Shown: positions 58,998 through 64,000 of the stretch, in pieces
How the letters are laid out: each line of letters starts with the position of its first letter
Numbering within the stretch: position 1 is the first letter of the stretch
Assembly (NCBI GenBank): GCA_022703705.1
Contig: JAKLDD010000001.1
Coordinates: forward strand, 2,657-66,656
DNA from: Nanobdellota archaeon
Lineage (GTDB): Archaea; Nanobdellota; Nanobdellia; Pacearchaeales; GW2011-AR1
Length of the DNA stretch: 64,000 nucleotides
Direction of reading: 5' to 3'
Program-made: the position numbers and the translations under genes
Notes under the pieces: model-generated
The model's database searches: none
What the model was told of the DNA's origin: nothing
What the model saw: the letters and a program-made list of their open reading frames with translations, nothing else

Positions 58998-59717
58998 ATG
59001 AAGATTAAACTTGAAAATTCTGTTTCATTGTATAAGGCAATTGAACTTGTTTCCGAGCTTGTAACTGAAGTAAGAATAAAAATAGATGACTTTGGATTAA
59101 GCATAACTGCAATTGACCCTGCAAATGTTGCAATGGTTCATTTTAGAATCCCTAAAAGTGGATTTTCCCAATTTGAATCTGGAAAAGAAATTTTAGGAGT
59201 TAATTTAGATAGTTTAAAAAAAATATTGAGAAGAAGTTCTGATTCAGTTGTATTGGAGAAAAAAGAAAATTTTTTGGAAATTGAAATGCAAGATAGAATA
59301 AGCAGAAAATTTACATTATGTTTAATGGAAATAGAAGGAGAGGAAAAAGAAATGCCTTCTCTTGAATTTAGTTCAAGAATTGAAATGAATTCTTCAGATT
59401 TTATTGATTCAATCGAAGATTGTGCTGTTGTTGATGATGCTTGCTCTTTTATAATAAAAGAAGGAAAATTCATAATAGAAGCAAGGGGTTTAAATTCTGC
59501 AAGGAGCGAATTTTCTGGAGATGAAGCAAAAATAAATGCAGAATCATGCAAATCAAAATATAGTTTGGAATACTTGCAAAAATTTGCAAAAGCCTCAAAA
59601 TTATCAAATAAAACAATCTTAAATTTTGCAGATGACCATCCTTTGAGAATGGATATAAGAACAGACAGCATGGAACTATCTTTTCTTTTAGCCCCAAGAG
59701 TTGAAACCGAAGATTAG
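58998..59717 (+). CDS. pcn: DNA polymerase sliding clamp PCNA
   Basis: 239 aa; the N-terminus aligns with archaeal PCNA (KAIELVSELVTEVRIKIDDFGLSITAIDPANVAMVHF). Confidence 0.85.
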   Translation: MKIKLENSVSLYKAIELVSELVTEVRIKIDDFGLSITAIDPANVAMVHFRIPKSGFSQFESGKEILGVNLDSLKKILRRSSDSVVLEKKENFLEIEMQDRISRKFTLCLMEIEGEEKEMPSLEFSSRIEMNSSDFIDSIEDCAVVDDACSFIIKEGKFIIEARGLNSARSEFSGDEAKINAESCKSKYSLEYLQKFAKASKLSNKTILNFADDHPLRMDIRTDSMELSFLLAPRVETED

Positions 59718-59879
59718 TAATTTAAAGATAATTTTAATACAAATTATATAAATTAAATTACTTGTCTGAGTAGAAGATTAAAACAAAATGCTCTAAAAAA
59801 AGTTCTATATCACAGAGTTAAACCATATTTGTCATTTTGATATAGTAACATTTAAATACTTCTTATTCTTATATTTTTT

Positions 59880-60698
59880 ATGAAAAATCTTGCTGATAAA
59901 GTAAAAAAAACAATAGGAGCAGGGTTAGTTGGGGCTATTCTTGCTGGTACTCCTGGATGCGGAACAATGACTCCTGCACAGAAAACTGCCTTGGTTGGAA
60001 ATGCATTAACTATTTTGGGTTCAACAAATCTTCCAGGAAGCAACACTATTGAAGGAGAAAGAGCAAAAGAAATTTTGAAAGCTTCTGGAAATGTTGTTTC
60101 AAATCAAGCTCAAATGAAAGCTAATTTAGAATATGCAAATGCTGGAAAAACAGATATAACTGTCAATAATAATCCTAATTCTAAAGATAATTATAATGAA
60201 AGTAAATTAAGCAATTTTGATATGGTTGAAGCATTACTTACAAATGAAAAAGAACTTGAACTCTCTCAAACTTCAAATTTAGATAATCCTTTCAAACCAA
60301 ATGCGTATTTTATTGTTGCTAGAAACTATGTAGATTTTAATAGAAACGGACTAGTAGGATATTCAGAATTTATTGATGCTTCTAAATATGCTTATGTTGT
60401 TAGTAAATCAAATCCATTGAAGTTTTATCTTATTAGAGAAACAAGTGTTTATAGCAATAGAATAACAAATATTGCAATTTATGACTTACTGGAGAATGGC
60501 AAAGAAGTAAAAAACTCTCCTGCAACAACTTTAGGAAAAGCTCCTTTAAAAGAAATTATATTAAATGATGAATATTTTCCTAAAACATCAAACTATAGAG
60601 TGGTTCTTAATATAGAAGGGAAGAAAAGTCTTTTTTTAGATGTTGCAGTTGTAACTGAAAAAGATTATAAAGAACTTTCAGAATCCAATAAGGAATAA
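59880..60698 (+). CDS. putative lipoprotein or secreted protein
   Basis: N-terminal hydrophobic segment ending in the lipobox-like LAGTPGCG. Confidence 0.45.
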   Translation: MKNLADKVKKTIGAGLVGAILAGTPGCGTMTPAQKTALVGNALTILGSTNLPGSNTIEGERAKEILKASGNVVSNQAQMKANLEYANAGKTDITVNNNPNSKDNYNESKLSNFDMVEALLTNEKELELSQTSNLDNPFKPNAYFIVARNYVDFNRNGLVGYSEFIDASKYAYVVSKSNPLKFYLIRETSVYSNRITNIAIYDLLENGKEVKNSPATTLGKAPLKEIILNDEYFPKTSNYRVVLNIEGKKSLFLDVAVVTEKDYKELSESNKE

Positions 60699-60784
60699 GA
60701 TAAAAAAATTATTTCTTTTGTATAATAGAATAAAAATAATCTGATTTAAGAAATGTTTTTAAACGACTGTAACTTTAAAAAGAA

Positions 60785-61588
60785 ATGACTAAGAAAGAGG
60801 AGAAAAGAGGCAAGCTAAATCTTTTTTTAAAAAACTTTAAAGGACAAGTAACCATTTTTATAATAATTGCTTTAATCATTGTTGCCCTTGCCATTCTTTT
60901 TTATTTTCTCCTTAGAAAACCTCCTGTTGGACCTGTTGTAACAGAAAATCCTGCTGTTTATATTGAAACATGTATGAAAGAAAAAATTGAAGACACTGTT
61001 ACGAATTTATCTCTTCGAGGAGGAAGTGTAATTCCCTCAAATGGATATTATCTTTATCAAAATAATACAATAGAATATTTGTGTTATACAAATGAGTATT
61101 ATGCGCCTTGCGTTGTTCAACAACCGATGCTTGCTCAACATATTCAGGAAGAAATCTTAAATAATATTGAAGACGACGTTATTCTTTGCTTTAATTCTAT
61201 GAAAGATAATTATGAAAAAGAAGGATATGAGGTAATTATGAAGTCTGGAAATACTAGTGTTGATTTATTGCCTGAAAGAATTGTAACTACATTTGGGTAT
61301 GAAGTTACATTAACAAAAAGCAGTACAAATAAATATGAAAATTTCCAAATTGTAATTCCAAGGGATACTTACAGATTTGCTTCAATTGCAAGCAGCATAA
61401 TTCAATGGGAAACTCTTTATGGAGATGCTGAAGTTACAACATATATGAATTATTATCATGATTTAAAAGTTGAAAAGAAAAAACAAATTGATGAAACTTC
61501 TATTTATATTTTAACAAACAGAGATACTGGAGAAAAATTCCAGTTTGCATCTAGAAGTTATGCTTTCCCCCCAGGAGTAATAGTTTAA
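60785..61588 (+). CDS. membrane-anchored extracellular protein
   Basis: N-terminal TM segment (VTIFIIIALIIVALAILFYFLL), then a soluble domain. Confidence 0.45.
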   Translation: MTKKEEKRGKLNLFLKNFKGQVTIFIIIALIIVALAILFYFLLRKPPVGPVVTENPAVYIETCMKEKIEDTVTNLSLRGGSVIPSNGYYLYQNNTIEYLCYTNEYYAPCVVQQPMLAQHIQEEILNNIEDDVILCFNSMKDNYEKEGYEVIMKSGNTSVDLLPERIVTTFGYEVTLTKSSTNKYENFQIVIPRDTYRFASIASSIIQWETLYGDAEVTTYMNYYHDLKVEKKKQIDETSIYILTNRDTGEKFQFASRSYAFPPGVIV

Positions 61589-63235
61589 ATGAACAAAAAA
61601 ATATTTATTAATTTTGGAATTATTTTTTTAATTGGAATTTTATCTATTAATTTTATTATTGCAGAAAGCTCTTACTGCTGTGAAAGATTAGCAAGCGGGC
61701 AATGGTGTCAAAATGCCCCTCAAGGACAATGCGCAACTGGAATAAATCCCTTTTCAAATCAGCAATATACTACGCCTGTTGCAACTTCTTGTCAATTAAC
61801 TTCATATTGCAAATTAGGAACATGTGTAGATTCTAAATCTGGAACATGCACAGCAAACACCCCATTAACAGTATGCAATAATCGTGGAGGAGTTTGGAAA
61901 GCAGAAGAAGTAGGGGATTTACCTGAATGCCAATTAGGATGTTGTCTTCTTGGAGATTCAGCAGCATTTACAACACAAGTTCAATGTAAGAAATTATCTT
62001 CAGATTATGGTTTAACCACTAATTATAGGGCAGATATAACCAATGAATTAGAATGCATTGCAAGCATAACCTCTGACGAAATTGGAGCGTGTGTTTTTGA
62101 AGAAGAATATCAAACAACTTGCAGAATGATAAGTCAAAAAGATTGCAGTGAAATAAATGGGGGTGAATTTCATAGTGGATTTTTATGTTCTGCACAACAG
62201 CTTGCTACTAATTGCGGACCGCGAGGGGGAACACTTTGTCATCAAGAAAGCGTATATTTTTTAGATACTTGCGGAAATATTGCAAATATTTATGATTTTT
62301 CTAAATTAAATGACAATAATTATTGGACATATATTCAAGAACCTTCATGCGATAATGGAATGGGAAACAAAAATTCAAAAACCTGTGGGTCTTGTGATTA
62401 TTTTTCTGGAAGTGTATGTACAATATATCAAAGAGGGGAAACAATAAAACCAGATTATGGAGATTATTTTTGTGGAAGTCTAGATTGTAAAGAGGTTGGA
62501 AAACTTCATGGAGAAACTTGGTGTGAAGAAAATAGTATTACAAGTGTAAAAGGACAAAATTTACCTGGAAGTAGATATTATAGATTTATGTGTTATAATG
62601 GAGAAGTTAGTATTGAACCTTGTTCAGAGTTTAGAAATGAAATTTGTATTGAAGATGAGGTTAATGATTTCAGTGTTGCGGGATGTGTTTTAAATAAATG
62701 GCAGGATTGTGTAAGTCAAACAAACAAAACAGAATGCGAAAATACTTACTTAAGAGATTGCAAATGGATAAGCGGATATAGTGTTTTAAAAAATGAAGAT
62801 GGAGAAAACCTTGCATTTACTGAAACAGAAGATAACAAAATACCTGGAACTTGTGTTCCAAAATATGCTCCTGGTTTTGATTTCTATGCTGAAACTGGAA
62901 ATGGAGCAGAAGTTTGCAGTTTGGGAACACAAGCTTGTGTTGTGAGATATGAAATTGGAATTCTTGCAAGTAAAAAGAAATTATCACAAAAAGATTGGGA
63001 TGAAAAAATGGGAAAATGTGTTGAAAACTGCTATTGCATTCCAGGATATACAAGCGGAAAAGCAAAAGATAAATATGAAAACAATAAACCCTCCTGGCAT
63101 CCAAAAAGTTATGATGAATGGGTTAAATTAGCAAATGAAATATGCACAGCATTTGGAGATTGTGGAACAAAGAAAAATTATCTTGGAGGTTCAGGAGATA
63201 TTAAAGAAATATTCACAAGCGAATTTACAAAATGA
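61589..63235 (+). CDS. secreted Cys-rich protein
   Basis: Signal peptide plus more than 40 Cys over 548 aa; start immediately follows the upstream stop. Confidence 0.5.
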   Translation: MNKKIFINFGIIFLIGILSINFIIAESSYCCERLASGQWCQNAPQGQCATGINPFSNQQYTTPVATSCQLTSYCKLGTCVDSKSGTCTANTPLTVCNNRGGVWKAEEVGDLPECQLGCCLLGDSAAFTTQVQCKKLSSDYGLTTNYRADITNELECIASITSDEIGACVFEEEYQTTCRMISQKDCSEINGGEFHSGFLCSAQQLATNCGPRGGTLCHQESVYFLDTCGNIANIYDFSKLNDNNYWTYIQEPSCDNGMGNKNSKTCGSCDYFSGSVCTIYQRGETIKPDYGDYFCGSLDCKEVGKLHGETWCEENSITSVKGQNLPGSRYYRFMCYNGEVSIEPCSEFRNEICIEDEVNDFSVAGCVLNKWQDCVSQTNKTECENTYLRDCKWISGYSVLKNEDGENLAFTETEDNKIPGTCVPKYAPGFDFYAETGNGAEVCSLGTQACVVRYEIGILASKKKLSQKDWDEKMGKCVENCYCIPGYTSGKAKDKYENNKPSWHPKSYDEWVKLANEICTAFGDCGTKKNYLGGSGDIKEIFTSEFTK

Positions 63236-63244
63236 TAATTAATA

Positions 63245-64000
63245 TGAGAAAAAAATATAACAACCGAAAAGAAAAAGCAGAAGCATTATTTCAAATATTA
63301 ATTTTAGTAATTGGAATTATTGCAATTTCTTGGATGATTGGAAGTGAAATTGATGTTGTGAGTGCAGAAGATAAAACAAATACCCCTCCTAAATCCATAG
63401 AAAGAGAAAAATTAATACCAAAAGATACAATTTCTAATATTGCTTCAGGAATTACAATAACTGAAAAAAGTGTAGAAACATATAATAAATTAGCTAAAGT
63501 TTCCACAAGCGAAACAGCATCTAAAGGAGAGATTTTAAGTAAATTAAAAGAATTAGGACTTAATAGTCCATGGCTTCTTGGAGGAGAAACTATCGTAGGA
63601 AGTGCTATTGCAATTTCTGCTTGGGCTGCAATTGCATTTCTTGTTGGAAGATATGTTCTAGGACCATTATTTGGATTAAATGTCCAGCAATCTCAATCTT
63701 TAGGTTATGCACTCGCTGGGGGAACAGCTGCCGGATTGCTTGCAACATCTGAAGCAATTTTTGGAACTAGTGCAGTTGGAGGTCCAGTAGGAATTTTAAT
63801 TGGTGCAGCAGTAGCATTTGTTATATTTGTTGCTCTTGCTAAAAAATCCTCAACAGATTTAATTCAATTAACCTGCTATGAATGGGATTCTCAAAGTGGT
63901 GCTGGATTAACAGAAACACAAATGAAAGAAAGATGCGAAGCATGCAACAAACAAGAAAATTTTGGTTGCACAGAATATCAATGTAGAAGTTTGGGACAAG
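63245..64000 (+). CDS. membrane protein (3'-truncated by the window end)
   Basis: Hand-translated open frame from the ATG at 63245 (MRKKYNNRKEKAEALFQILILVIGIIAISW...) with TM segments and a C-terminal Cys-rich stretch; no stop before the window end. Confidence 0.5.

Noticed and set aside
63291-63752. Short ORFs 63291-63506 (-) and 63570-63752 (+)
   Set aside because: Both are embedded in a long uninterrupted plus-strand frame starting at 63245 that has membrane-protein character. The long frame is preferred.

Overview
AT-rich (~30% GC) chromosomal segment from an archaeon with a DPANN-like, reduced-genome signature. It carries typical archaeal information-processing genes: the proteasome-alpha/Sdo1/Rrp4/Rrp41/Rrp42/RpoK exosome superoperon, uS2, eS19, eL39, eL31, PCNA, a fused PriS-PriL-type primase, Cbf5, an archaeal histone, RNase J, class I LysRS and CysRS. 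A complete 16S-tRNAAla(TGC)-23S rRNA operon lies at about 19.4-24.5 kb, tRNA-Phe at 33.2 kb and tRNA-Lys at 49.8 kb. A structured, ORF-free stretch at about 32.8-33.2 kb carries the RNase P RNA CR-I and CR-V motifs and is a candidate RNase P RNA. Metabolic genes include a 2-oxoacid:ferredoxin oxidoreductase, enolase, form III RuBisCO, a Ca-type P-type ATPase, TspO and MscL. Accessory content includes a RelE-type toxin-antitoxin pair, a Dcm-type m5C methyltransferase with a convergent putative restriction enzyme and a small AbrB-like ORF, a glycine-rich RRM protein, a T4-endonuclease-V-like and an AlkD-like DNA glycosylase pair, a ComEA-like protein next to an Hjc-like nuclease, and several large Cys-rich or N-glycosylation-rich surface proteins. 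The most unusual locus is an intact class I LysRS followed by tRNA-Lys and a degenerate LysRS paralogue whose reading frame continues through a single in-frame TGA. A recurrent AATAATTCTTAAAAA element lies about 28 nt upstream of many start codons, implying leaderless transcripts and supporting several small unknown ORFs as real genes. Many genes could not be assigned a function.
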